From NCBI GenBank assembly GCA_964016885.1, contig OZ024745.1, positions 8,928,001 through 8,992,000 on the forward strand: DNA of 64,000 nucleotides, read 5' to 3'. The notes beneath the pieces are model-generated. The model ran no database searches. It had not been told where the DNA came from and was given only the letters and a program-made list of their open reading frames with translations. A program made the translations under genes and the position numbers. The DNA is from Eledone cirrhosa (taxonomy: Eukaryota). The number at the start of each line of letters is the position of its first letter. The stretch's first letter is position 1. This document shows positions 1 through 12,327 of this stretch, in pieces.

Positions 1-229
1 CCTTCCCACAATCTATTTTCCAGGATTTACAGATGTTGAATGTTTATCTGGTCTTATGAATTCGTTGGTGACCAATGAGGCCAGTCTTAGAAAGACATAT
101 AAGACTACGAATACCGCAGACCAAGTTTACTTTAATTTACCTTACAAATTGTGCGTTTTTGTGCAGCTTGCTTAAATTCTACATGAAAAGTGAATGTTTT
201 TCCTTCTTTCAAAAACCACTGTACCACTC

Positions 230-1200
230 TTTGTTCATTTTCTCCATTGGTGGCGAGGAAAAACAGTTCTTTCCCAGTTAACTTTACTCATTGCAAATGC
301 TTTTAAAGAGGACTTTACATAAACCTTAAACTGTTCTGTTTGAGACCATTCTCTACAGGAATAAGTCCCATGTTTCCACAGACATAGATCCATGTTTCCA
401 AGAGAGCTGAACAAGGACGTTTGCAGAGTATATTTCACAAGTTTGCCTTATTCCAAGTATTGATGGTTTTTGTTGATCAATGAAAACCTGGACATGGTTC
501 ACATTCCGCCCATTACACCTCTCCTGTATTTTTCTTCTGTCTTACTGTGAAAATCATATCCATGGTCTTCCCTCCAGAATAGAAACCATACTAAGATTCG
601 AGAAGGACATCAGCCACAAAGGATCTGTTCAGGTGGTTAAGAAGAATATTTGTCAGAACCTTACCAACAACTGACAATAACGTAACGCCTCTATGGTTGC
701 CACATTTTTGTTCCAACAATTCCAGGAAACATTATTGTATCTGTTCAGGCCTTGGAAACAGCGCCATCTCCCAGAAATACATTGATAAGGTCGTGAGAGT
801 TCTGTGGGATACGACTGCTACCCAAGAGTAAATACCACAACAGAGACTCAATCTGTAGCAAGATTCCATCTACTTATTATCGTTGTTTATCTACTGAAGG
901 TACACTATCTAAGGATGTGGTGACAGGTCGTTGTTTATCTACTGAAGGTACAATATCTAAGGATGTGGTGACAGGTTCATCTACTGAAGGTACACTATCT
1001 AAGGATGTGGTGACAGGTCGTTGTTTATTTACTGAAGATACAATATCTAAGGATGTGGTGACAGGTTCATCTACTGAAGGTACACTATCTAAGGATGTGG
1101 TGACAGGTCGTTGTTCAATGGTGTTATTTACATCCACAACAGGGTCACATTTTAACACCAAACAAATGTCCAATTTAGTGACCTATGACTTCTGTTTTAG
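230..1200 (-). pseudogene. Degraded RTE-clade LINE reverse transcriptase fragment
   Basis: Manual minus-strand translation from 704 downward gives CGNHRGVTLLSVVGKVLTNILLNHLNRSFVADVLLES*YGFYSGGKTMDMIFTVRQKKIQERCNGRNVNHVQVFID. This matches the RTE/BovB RT pattern CGNYRGISLLS..GK...PESQCGFR..RST.DMIF..RQ..EKC.....AF.D. Stops and frameshifts present; boundaries approximate. Confidence 0.8.
880..1115. repeat. Minisatellite, 5 copies of 48/42-bp units (core ATCTACTGAAGGTACACTATCTAAGGATGTGGTGACAGG)
   Basis: Direct tandem repeat visible in the sequence; lies inside the RTE remnant. Confidence 0.9.
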
Positions 1201-1419
1201 TGAATAAAGACATCATTAGAAAGCAAAGGAATCGAAGCAGAACTTTTAACCCCTATTTACTTGCCTCATGATGTAGCTTCTAGCTGTCAATAGTATCAGT
1301 GAAAGCTTCAGTTTCATGAACAAGACACTCAAACCAAGTCTCCTACGCCTGCCTAAGTGATGGATATATTTGAGATTTTGTTCTGGTAATGAATGCTAGA
1401 TTCCAGTGCTCCACTGTAT

Positions 1420-1535
1420 CTCAGGATGGAAAGCTAACAAGGGCGTGGTTTGAACTCAAAACATAAAGGGGCGTAACTATATGCCACAATGCATGTTGTC
1501 TGATGCTCTACCAATTCTGCCAATCCACCGCCCTT
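1420..1535 (-). mobile_element. tRNA-derived SINE fragment (same family as 17380-17551)
   Basis: Shares GGTTTGAACTCA...AAAGGG.CGTAACTAT...CTGCCAATCCACCGCCCTT with the copy at 17460-17551. Confidence 0.7.
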
Positions 1536-1584
1536 AGGATTTTCTTTTAATAAAGCCCAAATTACGTTTGTGGAATTGTACCCA

Positions 1585-2270
1585 CACACATTTATATACA
1601 CTCACATTTACATACACTTACACATTTATATACACTTACACACACTCACATTTATATACATTTACACATTTATATACACTTACACATTTATATACACTCA
1701 CATTTATATACACTTTCACATTTATATACACTTACACATTTATATACACTTACACATTTATATACACTTACACATTTATATACACTCACATTTATATACA
1801 CTTACACATTTACATACACTCACATTTACATACACTTACACATTTATATACACTTACACATTTATATACACTCGCATTTATATACACTTACACATTTATA
1901 TACACTCACATTTACATACACTTACACATTTATATACACTCACATTTATATACACTTACACATTTATATACACTTACACATTTATATACACTCACATTTA
2001 TATACACTCACATTTACATACACTTACACATTTATATACACTTACACATGTATATACACTTACACATTTATATACACTCACATTTACATACACTTACACA
2101 TTTATATACACTCACATTTATATACACTTACACATTTATATACACTTACACATTTATATACATTTACACATTTATATACATTCACATTTATATACACTTA
2201 CACATTTATATACACTCACATTTATATACACTTACACATTTATATACACTTACACATTTATATACACTCA
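1585..2270. repeat. Tandem repeat of 16/18-bp units (TACACATTTATATACACT / CACATTTATATACACT)
   Basis: Directly visible; source of the spurious YT/HI-rich ORFs. Confidence 0.95.
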
Positions 2271-2344
2271 CGCGTGTAGACCACGGGTTCACGCAATTAA
2301 TGAGTTTTAGCGAGAGGCGTTAGTATATATGTATGGCAGTATCT

Positions 2345-2800
2345 ATGTGTGTGTATGAATGTGTGTGTGTGTGTGAATATGTGTGTAGGTATGAATATGT
2401 GTGTGTATGAATATGTGTGTAGGTATGAATATGTGTGTGTATGAATATGTGTGTGTAGGTATGAATATGTGTGTGTATAAATATGTGTGTGTATGAATAT
2501 GTGTGTGTAGGTATGAATATGTGTGTGTAGGTATGAATATGTGTGTAGGTATGAATATGTGTAGGTATGAATATTGTAGTTATGAATATGTGTGCGTATG
2601 AATATGTGTGTGTATGAATATGTGTGTATGAATATGTGTAGATAGTAATATGTGTAGATATGAATGTGTAGATATGAATATGTGTGTTTAGGTATGAATA
2701 CATGTGTATATATGTGTGTGTGTGTGTGTGTGTATTTGTGTATATGAGTGTGTGCGTATGTGTTTGTATGTGTGTGTGTATACGTGTGTGTGTATGTGTG
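2345..2800. repeat. Degenerate (TATGAATATGTGTG)/(TG)n repeat
   Basis: Directly visible. Confidence 0.9.
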
Positions 2801-3248
2801 TGTTCGTATGCGTATAGATGTAATACAAGAAGAAAAAAATGTTTACACATCAGTTTAACAGTTCCGACGCTGATCATTTCGGGTCGATTCGACACAGTTC
2901 GATTGAGTTTGGCTCTAATCGTCTCAGATCGTATAGTTGGTGGCAGATGGTATGTCGGCTGCAAATGTCAGAGCTCACTTCACTCTATCGTATATTCTAT
3001 AATAGTGTTCAAGTTAAGCAAGGAGTGTGAACTGCCACTAACCACTGCTACTACCCTACTTACACTTACTTACACTACTACCATCCTATTTCGATGGAGA
3101 GGGGGGGGGGGGTCTCTATCAATATTATATTGTTTTGTTTTTTGTTTTTTTGTTTTATTGTTTGCTTTTATTTTGGTTTTATTCTTTTTTAATTTTTTAT
3201 TCCAAACATCCAAACACACATACTCATGGACACATATCTAAATACACA

Positions 3249-3292
<44 letters not shown>

Positions 3293-3701
3293 CTCATAAA
3301 TGCAGAGAGAGAGGGGAGAGAGAGAGAGAGTTTCATAAACATATATCACATTCACACAGTTTTATAAACACATTCATATAGATAGAGACTATTTTGGCCA
3401 ACAGTTTGTTGGAGAGTGGCCACGTCAGCCTTGTGCCGTCTCCGTCGGGAAAAACAGGCCTAACGCTGTTGAAATGTCAGCACCGCCTAGTGGCCGAATC
3501 TTTTCCCCTCCTTCAGCCTCCGGGACGACAAAAGCATTTCATAACAAATGTATTTTTATGTAAGTGGTGTCAAGAGACTGTAAGATACAGTAGATATTTT
3601 ACAGCTTTTATTTTTGTTGATGTTATTTTCAGTTTTAGTCTTGTTTTGCTGTATTTTCGTAACGAGAAACCTTAACAAAAACAAAACAGATTCACACACA
3701 A

Positions 3702-3813
<112 letters not shown>

Positions 3814-4319
3814 ACATTTAAACACACTATTACATGCACACTCATACATATAATCATAACACTCATACAAATATGTGATAGATTTGTACTCAGTTAAGCG
3901 AATATACGAATATACATACGTACATCTACACAGTACCATGGATAACTATGTAGACATATATAAGCATATACGTCGACCTGAAGCAGAATAAATAAAAATG
4001 ACACAATAAGAGATAAAAACTCACTACTATAACTACCAATAGTATTATGACTGCCATACTATTACTCTCACGACCACCACTCTAATACTATCAATGTCCC
4101 CCAATACAACCGCTATCATATCTATATGTGTCACTGTAAATACCAGCCAGAATATATATATATATATTAATACAACTGTTTAACACTTTACAGCAATAAA
4201 CAGTAACTATTCTCGTGATTTATCAAATTCCTCTCCCACATACTGCCTAAAGCAAGGCCCTGTAACTCTCAACACAGACGATTTGTTCCAGGAAGAGAGA
4301 AAGAGATATAAAAGAAGAA

Positions 4320-4475
4320 TCAACCGCAGTGCAGGACTAGTACTTTTTAAAAATCTATTTCGAAAGTATGAAAGGTAAAGTTGACCTCGGTTGGATTTTA
4401 ACTTCAGAAAGAGAACCGGAACGAATACTGCAAAGTATTTTATCCGCTATTCCGACGACTCTGTCAACTCCACGT
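4320..4475 (-). mobile_element. Degraded tRNA-derived SINE
   Basis: ATGAAAGGTAAAGTTGACCTCGG...TTTAACTTCAGAA resembles the central domain of the copies at 17380-17551 and 44875-45057. Confidence 0.6.
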
Positions 4476-5137
4476 TTCTCCCAACTATATCTTTATTTAT
4501 ACCAATATATTTCTATATATATATATATTTCCATTAAACTCAATTTACTGCCACAATAATATGCACTGTCTTCGCCATCCTTACGGCCGGAAACACATGG
4601 TGGACTGACCCTTCATTTATAGTGGAGGCATGTGGATTAGATCTAATTCTATAAACATGGGTAGTAAGTAAGTGAAAATATTTAATGTTATCTAAATATA
4701 TGTGTTATATTTATTTCAGTGACATTATTAAATACATGACATATATAACCACAGTACTCCATTCAATGGAAAGCCATCACTAAGTCCAAGCCATACGCAA
4801 GGGGAAATCCGACGTGTGGCTTATGTATCGACGAACGAATAACTATCCTAAAGAGTTTACGCAATAGTGATTGCCTAAACACGAGAAGTGAATTTTTCAC
4901 ACGTTGTCCACACGTCACCAAACATCTATTGAATAACTACAAGGCTCCGGACTGATTCTTTGTAATTTGATTTTTAATTTTTTAAATTTTATTTTCAACC
5001 TAAAACTTTCCGGACTTTCGCAGTTAACTCCCTTACACCTCCCGCACGCAGTCTAGTATTGCCTGTGTGAAGTGACCGAGTTTCTGCGCATGCGCGTTCG
5101 TACGGTTGTCCTTCCTGTTCCTATAACCATACACATC

Positions 5138-5177
5138 CCGAGCTGAAGATCCGCGAAGGTGAAACAATTGTTCTCGG
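5138..5177 (+). ncRNA. Minimal type I hammerhead ribozyme motif (canonical core)
   Basis: CCGAG-CTGAAGA-t-CC-gcgaa-GG-t-GAAAC-AATT-GTT-CTCGG. Stem I CCGAG/CTCGG, CUGANGA and GAAA cores, palindromic stem III ACAATTGT, GUU cleavage triplet. Confidence 0.75.
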
Positions 5178-5270
5178 TATGGTGAACTAACTGTTGTGTA
5201 ACCACTTCTACCTAACTCGTCCCTTGGACTGAGTGCTCTACCACTACAGATATTACCTTCCAGTATCCAC

Positions 5271-5357
<87 letters not shown>

Positions 5358-5364
5358 CATATAT

Positions 5365-5437
<73 letters not shown>

Positions 5438-5500
5438 AGATAACAAGATATCATTTAAGGTAATCCAGCTAGAGGTTATGAGAGCTCTGTATCGAGGATA

Positions 5501-5586
5501 GTTTTCTGACGATTTGGTCGGGTGACGTGACTTCTAACGATCAGCGACTTTTAGACACACCGAACTAATGAAACAATTGTTAATAC
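5501..5586 (+). ncRNA. Type I hammerhead ribozyme motif with long stem II
   Basis: GTTTT-CTGACGA-t-TTGGTCGGGTG...CACCGAACTAA-t-GAAAC-AATT-GTT-AATAC. Same palindromic stem III as 5138; stem I has one mismatch. Confidence 0.6.
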
Positions 5587-5649
5587 TTTAATTAAACCCT
5601 ATTGTACAGTCGACCAAGTTATATATATATATTCCTTGGTACAGTTGGG

Positions 5650-5833
5650 TATATTTGAAAAAAAGTAAAAGAATGACTTCACTTGTAGTGCTAAATAATT
5701 TGATTTAATTTTATAATATATTAATAATATTATAAAAGAACTTACTAGATCTACCAACTCATAATATTATAATATTATAAAATTAAATCAAATTATTTAG
5801 CACTACAAGTGAAGCCATTCTTTTCCTTTTTTT

Positions 5834-5841
<8 letters not shown>
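5650..5841. repeat. Fold-back inverted repeat (about 70-bp arms) abutting (TA)n; second copy at 42755-42897
   Basis: GAATGACTTCACTTGTAGTGCTAAATAATTTGATTTAATTTT ... AAAATTAAATCAAATTATTTAGCACTACAAGTGAAGCCATTC. Confidence 0.9.
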
Positions 5842-5860
<19 letters not shown>

Positions 5861-5864
<4 letters not shown>

Positions 5865-6151
5865 AAGAAAAAAAGATGAAATCTAAAATGCAACTGGAGT
5901 CTTATTTTAAAATATATATATATATTTATTTGGTTCCTTTACCGGTTTCGCAGTTCTTCTGCTTTTCAAAAGTAGAGTTGAGATGGAGGGTCTGTGGTTT
6001 TCCTCACATGAGAAAAATCACAGACCCTCCATCTCAACTCTACTTTTGAAAATCAGAAGAACTGCGAAACCGGTAAAGGAACCAAATAAATATATATTTT
6101 TATATAAAAAGACTCCAGTTGCATTTTCGATTTCATCTTTTTTTCTTTATA
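5861..6151. mobile_element. Fold-back element (about 145-bp arms) with a hammerhead motif in each arm; putative Penelope-like terminus
   Basis: Near-perfect inverted repeat centred at about 6007, starting at a (TA)n tract. Confidence 0.7.
5937..5972 (-). ncRNA. Hammerhead ribozyme motif, U3-A8 core variant
   Basis: Minus strand CTT-TTGAAAA-GCAG-aagaa-CTGC-GAAAC-CG-GTA-AAG. Mirror copy on + at 6043-6078 has one stem II mismatch. Confidence 0.65.
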
Positions 6152-6218
6152 CTTTCACTCGTGTAGGACATCTCGGTTATTTTTCATTTTGTAAAAAAAC
6201 CTCACTTTCTAATATATA

Positions 6219-6262
<44 letters not shown>

Positions 6263-7161
6263 AATTATATTATATTATATTGTATGCAGGTAGACAACCA
6301 GCTAGGTTATTGTAACTGGTAGATCTCGAAGTATCCTGAGGTAAACACTCGACACCTTGAAGCACTACAGATTACATCTGGTGGTTAGGGTTACAGCTCA
6401 CTGTATATACTCCAGGCAGAGTATATACAGTGAACTCGTCGAAAATTTCCGAATAAATTGTTGTAAGAAGTCATTTTGCATATTTATTCTTCCCTATACA
6501 CGCGCGCGCGCGTATGTATGTATGTTGCCGGTTTAGTCGCCGACGACCCGACCATGAAACAGGTTGCACTGGGTTACAAGCTAGCTTGGTGAGGTGGGTG
6601 ATAAAGGACACTGCGGGATAAAATACAAGACTCGGCAAAGGGCGGAGGAACTCAGCAGTCAACGGCCATCCAAATAGCGCTTTTTTTTTAACCTGGGAGT
6701 GAAAGCCCCCAGTTGTTGTCACAACACCTTTCTACGAAAGGGAAACTGAAAAAAACATGCGGCTTCGGAAGCATCTGATGGTGCTGACTAGTTCTCCTTT
6801 TCGGGTAGTGTTTGCGATGCTCAGAGAGTGGGATTTGTCGAGTGCAAGGCCTTTCCCCACTTTAAAAAACCTTCAAAGCACAGGCATTGCTTGTTCAGGG
6901 TCTGTTACAGGTTTGTGTGACTGGCCGTAGCCTAAAGGTGCACCAAACTCTATAACCTGACAAGATATATATATATATATAGCAAAGGTAAAAATATACG
7001 TAACTCAAATGTATGTGGAGAATATTATATATGATAGTATATAGTTGCCAAACAGTTTCAGACTTAGCTCACTGCGTTTATATATTATAATACTCCGGAA
7101 ACTTGTGTAAGGGATTACAAATGGTTTAAAAACTAAAACTAATTTTCCATCTATATATGTG

Positions 7162-7216
<55 letters not shown>

Positions 7217-7304
7217 TTTCTTACTTTCGGACTTTATATATATATAAAGTCCGAAAGTAAGAAAGTAATACAAACAAAAGACACAGAAAACCCGGAGCGA
7301 ACGA

Positions 7305-7334
7305 ACAGAAGTTAATTTCAAACTCATCAGCTGT
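7305..7334 (-). ncRNA. Degenerate hammerhead-like motif (stem II collapsed)
   Basis: Minus strand ACAG-CTGATGA-gttt-GAAA-TTAAC-TT-CTGT. Stem I ACAG/CTGT and both cores are present, but there is no stem II. Confidence 0.4.
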
Positions 7335-7824
7335 CAACTAGGTGTCTTGATTTCAGTAACTAAGATATGACCGCCTTTACCAACGTACCAATAGGTCTTT
7401 AAAAAGGTATATTTGGGATTTTAAAATGTGAAACAGACAACAGAACAATAAACGTACGATAATTGAAAATAGCCATTTATCTCTCCTTGTTTCTGCTCCC
7501 TTCCACACTCAGACATTCCCTCTGTGTATTGATGACTGGATATTTAAAATGTCGGACTTTTAGGCTGACTACTTTCTCAGTTAAATATTTGAGTTTATTG
7601 GCGGTAGTCAGAAACAGTAAAAATTTTTAATTCATTCGATATATTAAACTGGTTTCGACCACCACATTCATATAATGTTATATGCAGTGCACAGTATGTT
7701 ATATGCAGTGCGCAGTGTGCTATATGCAGTGTGCAATATGTTGTATGCAGTATGTGATTAATGTGGTGGTGATTGAGGTGATGTGGTGGTGGTGGTCGTC
7801 GTCGTCGTCATCGTCGTCGTCGTC

Positions 7825-7965
7825 GTTGGAGCGTCAGACAAATGTGTAGCAGCATTTGTTCCGGATTTTTACTTTGTGGGTTCAAAACCTGCCAAGGTCA
7901 ACTTTGCTTTGGATCTTTCCGGGGCCGATAGAACTAGATACCAGTGAAGTACTGGTGTCGATATA
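7825..7965 (+). mobile_element. Degraded tRNA-derived SINE
   Basis: B-box-like GGGTTCAAAACC followed by GTCAACTTTGCTTT..ATCTTTCCGGGGCCGATA..TACCAGT. Confidence 0.65.
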
Positions 7966-9523
7966 ATTGCCAAAATTATAAATCATTATATCCTTAAATA
8001 AACTCAAACAAATAATGCTATAAGATCCAATGTAGGACGGTGTTTATAGGGGTCGTTATAAATGAGGTTACAGTGTGAGTTCTTTAATTATCTCTCGGGG
8101 TTTGCCAGCCTAGTGAACTTCAACTCAGTCCTGCAAAGTACCGAAACAACCATTTATTGCATTGTACACTTACTACATATTTTTATAATTATACCTCCTC
8201 CGCTTTCGTCACCATATTACTAATACTGTTAATGGATTAAAACATTTTTAATGAAAAATTTTGAGTGATTTACTCAAATTCTAAATAATTTCATTACTAA
8301 TATAGCGACTTAAGATATGATTCTGATATAATTCTGTGCTGGAAGACTTTAATTTAAATAAAAATTCTTTAAAATTGGTGGTTTTGTTTCATGGGAGCAG
8401 AGTCGGTTTTGACCAGGTTGGTAACGAAATGGCTAAATACAGCAAAATAGAATAAACAAAGGTTAAGAAGCTTTACTATAAACACATCTTAACACGGGGT
8501 GAAGCGAACCATTAATCTTTATGTAGTAAAATTGGTTCACCTATCGATTCGGTCAAAATTGGTTCACCTATCGATTTGGTCAGATACGACTCGCAGAATT
8601 AAGCTGAATAACAAAGAGGAAACAAACAAAACAACAACAATAGTAACAGAAAAACAAATACTCTCTTATGTTTTTATGGCTTTGAAATATGTGTTCTAAT
8701 GTAGTAATAGCCTTTAGGTTTTATCAAATTACATTTTTTTCTAATTTCCTCAATGAGCCGCTCAAATCTCTAAAGTTCTGATCTTTTTTTGTTTTCATTT
8801 TCCTGGAGAGGTTAATAAGAGCCGATCTGCATAGTTAATCAGCTAACAATGGCCGACACACTATTATTAATTGATTCTATCTGAAGGAACTTAACTGTTT
8901 CCATTCTTTCACGTTATTCTATATACTGACATGCAGAAGACACGCGTAAATACTAATGTCTGATACGACAGCAACACATTCATTTGGGAGCATATATGAG
9001 TAGAGGTATGTATGTATATATATATATACATACCTATATGTACATCTATGTATATTTGTGTATATATATATGTATATATATATACACATACATACACACA
9101 AATATGCATATGTGCATACATACATACATACATACATACATACATACATACATACATACATACATACATACATACATACATACATACATGCATACATATG
9201 TTCCCATGCAATATATACATAGTACACACATAGAGACACACTTATTATATATGTATAATTCATTTGAAAAGATAGACTCTACTTCCGTTTATAACGTGGC
9301 CATGTTTATCCCCCTGTTGCTATCGTCTGATCTATTATAGTTAACTTATGTTGTTGCTATCTCAGCAAGCCATCTCTGCTACACGAGAAAATCCCCGACC
9401 ACGTGACCTATCCAGCTCACCACAGCCACTCAAGACTCCAAGCGATTTTATAATTGCCTTCATGTATAATTTATACCACACTTCTCGTTGTCATTAATGG
9501 AATATAGGGAATGATGGATAAAC

Positions 9524-10290
9524 GGACAGACAGATTGTCAGATAGACTGAGAGACATACAGACAGACAGAGAGACAGACTGACAGGCAGACAGACAAACA
9601 GACTGAGAGACAGACTGACAGACAGACAGACAGACTGAGAGACAGACTGACAGGCAGACAGTTTGACAGACAGACAGACTGAGAGACAGACAGATAGACA
9701 GACAGACTGACAGACAGACAGACAGTTTGACAGACAGACAGACCGACTGAGAGACAGACAGACAGACAGACTGACAGACTGAGAGACAGACTGACAGACC
9801 GACTGAGAGACAGACAGACAGACAGACTGACAGACAGACAGACAGACAGACTGACAGACAGACAGACAGACTGACAGACCGACTGAGAGACAGACAGACA
9901 GACAGACTGACAGACTGAGAGACAGACTGACAGACCGACTGAGAGACAGACAGACAGACAGACTGACAGACAGACAGACTGACAGACCGACTGAGAGACA
10001 GACAGACAGACAGACTGACAGACTGAGAGACAGACTGACAGACCGACTGAGAGACAGACAGACAGACAGACTGACAGACTGAGAGACAGACAGACAGACC
10101 GACTGAGAGACAGACAGACAGACCGACTGAGAGACAGACAGACAGACAGACTGACAGACTGAGAGACAGACTGACAGACAGACTGAGAGACAGACTGACA
10201 GACAGACTGAGAGACAGACTGACTGGCAGAAAGTTTGACAGATAGACAAACAGACAGACAAACAGAGAGACAGACAGACAGACAGACAGA
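9524..10290. repeat. Compound (GACA)/(GACT)/(GAGA) microsatellite
   Basis: Directly visible. Confidence 0.95.
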
Positions 10291-10354
10291 GATAGAATAG
10301 AACAGGTAGATGAATCGATCAATTAATCACCAATTTCATAGATAGGTATTTACA

Positions 10355-10375
10355 GATATGTACATGTATACATGT

Positions 10376-10433
<58 letters not shown>

Positions 10434-10473
10434 TTATGTATATATATATGAATATTTATATATATATATAAAC

Positions 10474-10512
<39 letters not shown>

Positions 10513-10780
10513 CTTATACATATATATATACATATACATATATATATACATATACACATATATACATATACATGTATATACATATATATGTACATATATA
10601 TATACATGTATATACATATATATATACATATATACATACATATATATATATATACATACATATATAATACATATATACATACATATACATGTATATATAT
10701 ATGCATACATATATATGTATATATATACATATATATATATGTGTGTGTGCATGTATATATATATATATATATATGTATGT
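10355..10780. repeat. (TA)/(TACA) low-complexity tract
   Basis: Directly visible. Confidence 0.95.
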
Positions 10781-10783
10781 ATT

Positions 10784-11442
10784 CTAAGGCGGGTAAAATT
10801 CCCGAGATCCATGGACGAGTTCTCTCCATGGATCTCTGTCCCTCATCATCGCTGCCATGTCCTGCGTCTCCAACAGACCAGTGTCTGTCCTTAGGGCATC
10901 AACATACGTTAACCTTGGTCTTTCTCTTTTAGTGTGTCCATGTAGGGTCTCGCAAAGGAGCACTGAGTGCAATGTCAACTCTGGATGTCGGTGAGCATGT
11001 CCAGCTAACCTCAGTCTCCTCTGTGTCACTTTTGAGCTGACTTTTGGGATGCTCCCATACAGCTCTGAGTTTTTCATCCTGAGAATGAATGAGATTAAAA
11101 CAAAATATCTGGTAGAGAATGTTGAGAAGCCAGAGGGGTTCACTAATGTAGACGGGAAGCCGCTAGAATTGGTTGAGGGCTTCCTGTATTTGGGAGCAAA
11201 GATTGGGAATACGGAAGATGATGTGGTTGAGAGGAAGAGCAAGGCCTGGGCGGCGTGCCACAGCTTGAGATCGGTGTGGAAGTCGGACCTTCGTAAAGAC
11301 CTGAAAATCCGCCTCTTCATTGCTGTAGTGGAGTCTGTGCTGCTGTACGGGTCTGAGACTTGGACACTGACCAAGAAACGCACTCAGATGGTGGATGGGT
11401 GCTACACGAGAATGCTGAGGATGGCTCTGAACATTAATCAGA
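10784..11442 (-). mobile_element. 5'-truncated RTE-clade LINE 3' end with an inverted 5' segment
   Basis: Minus 10784-11075 encodes the C-terminal ...NSELYGSIPKVSSKVTQRRLRLAGHAHRHPE...[12 protein letters not shown]...W. Plus 11076-11442 encodes the immediately upstream RT thumb ...FLYLG...KAW...LKIRLF...VESVLLYGSETWTLTK...DGCYTRMLRMALNI. Confidence 0.85.
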
Positions 11443-11448
11443 TGTATG

Positions 11449-11489
<41 letters not shown>

Positions 11490-11765
11490 TTATATATGTA
11501 TATTTATATATAAATATGCATATATACATCTGTATATATATACATGTATGTATATGTGTGTGTGCGTGTGTGTGTGCGTGTGTGTATATATATATATATA
11601 TACACACACACATATATATGAGAAAGAGATAGCGACAATGAGGTGGGAGGTGTTGGGGTGTAGAATAAAAATATTATAACGGAATAAAGCCATCATGATA
11701 TTGTTGCTAACTACTATACACAGAGGGCGCTGCTAAATAGACAAGACAATATAATCAGCTTTACA

Positions 11766-11831
<66 letters not shown>

Positions 11832-12327
11832 ATGCAATACTTCATGCAATACAATGATTATTTTCTAACCTTTTCTCTTATTTTGATGCCATTATAAATT
11901 GGTTAACAATAATGGAAGAACTAACTTCCATTCAATCAATATTTCCCCTTCTAAATATATAGTGGGGCCTGTATTAGTTTACTAGTTAGCATGTTGGTCA
12001 TCGTATTAACTGAGGTGTCAGATAACCAGTTGTGTACTGAAGCTACCATTTCAAACTCTTCCTGAAATATGTTAGTAATAACCATTGGTTTATCTCTAAT
12101 AATAACGTCCAACTGATTCATGTGCTTTTAGTTGGTGTTAACGATCAGTCGGCCTCGTGGTTCTGACAGGATGTTGAATATATTGCCCCGGATGAAGGGA
12201 CCTCGCTGGAACAGCCACTCTACCTCGCGGTGCTATTAGTTAGCCAGTGGTTTTATTTTCAGGGTGTGCACTTAATGGTACTCATTTACAATTCTTTGTA
12301 AATTTTTAGACTCTCAGTATTTCGACC

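Noticed and set aside
1568-3241. Long ORFs rich in Y/T/H/I or C/V (also at 8909-10932, 18805-19423 and elsewhere)
   Set aside because: Translations of TA/CA/GACA microsatellites that happen to lack stop codons.
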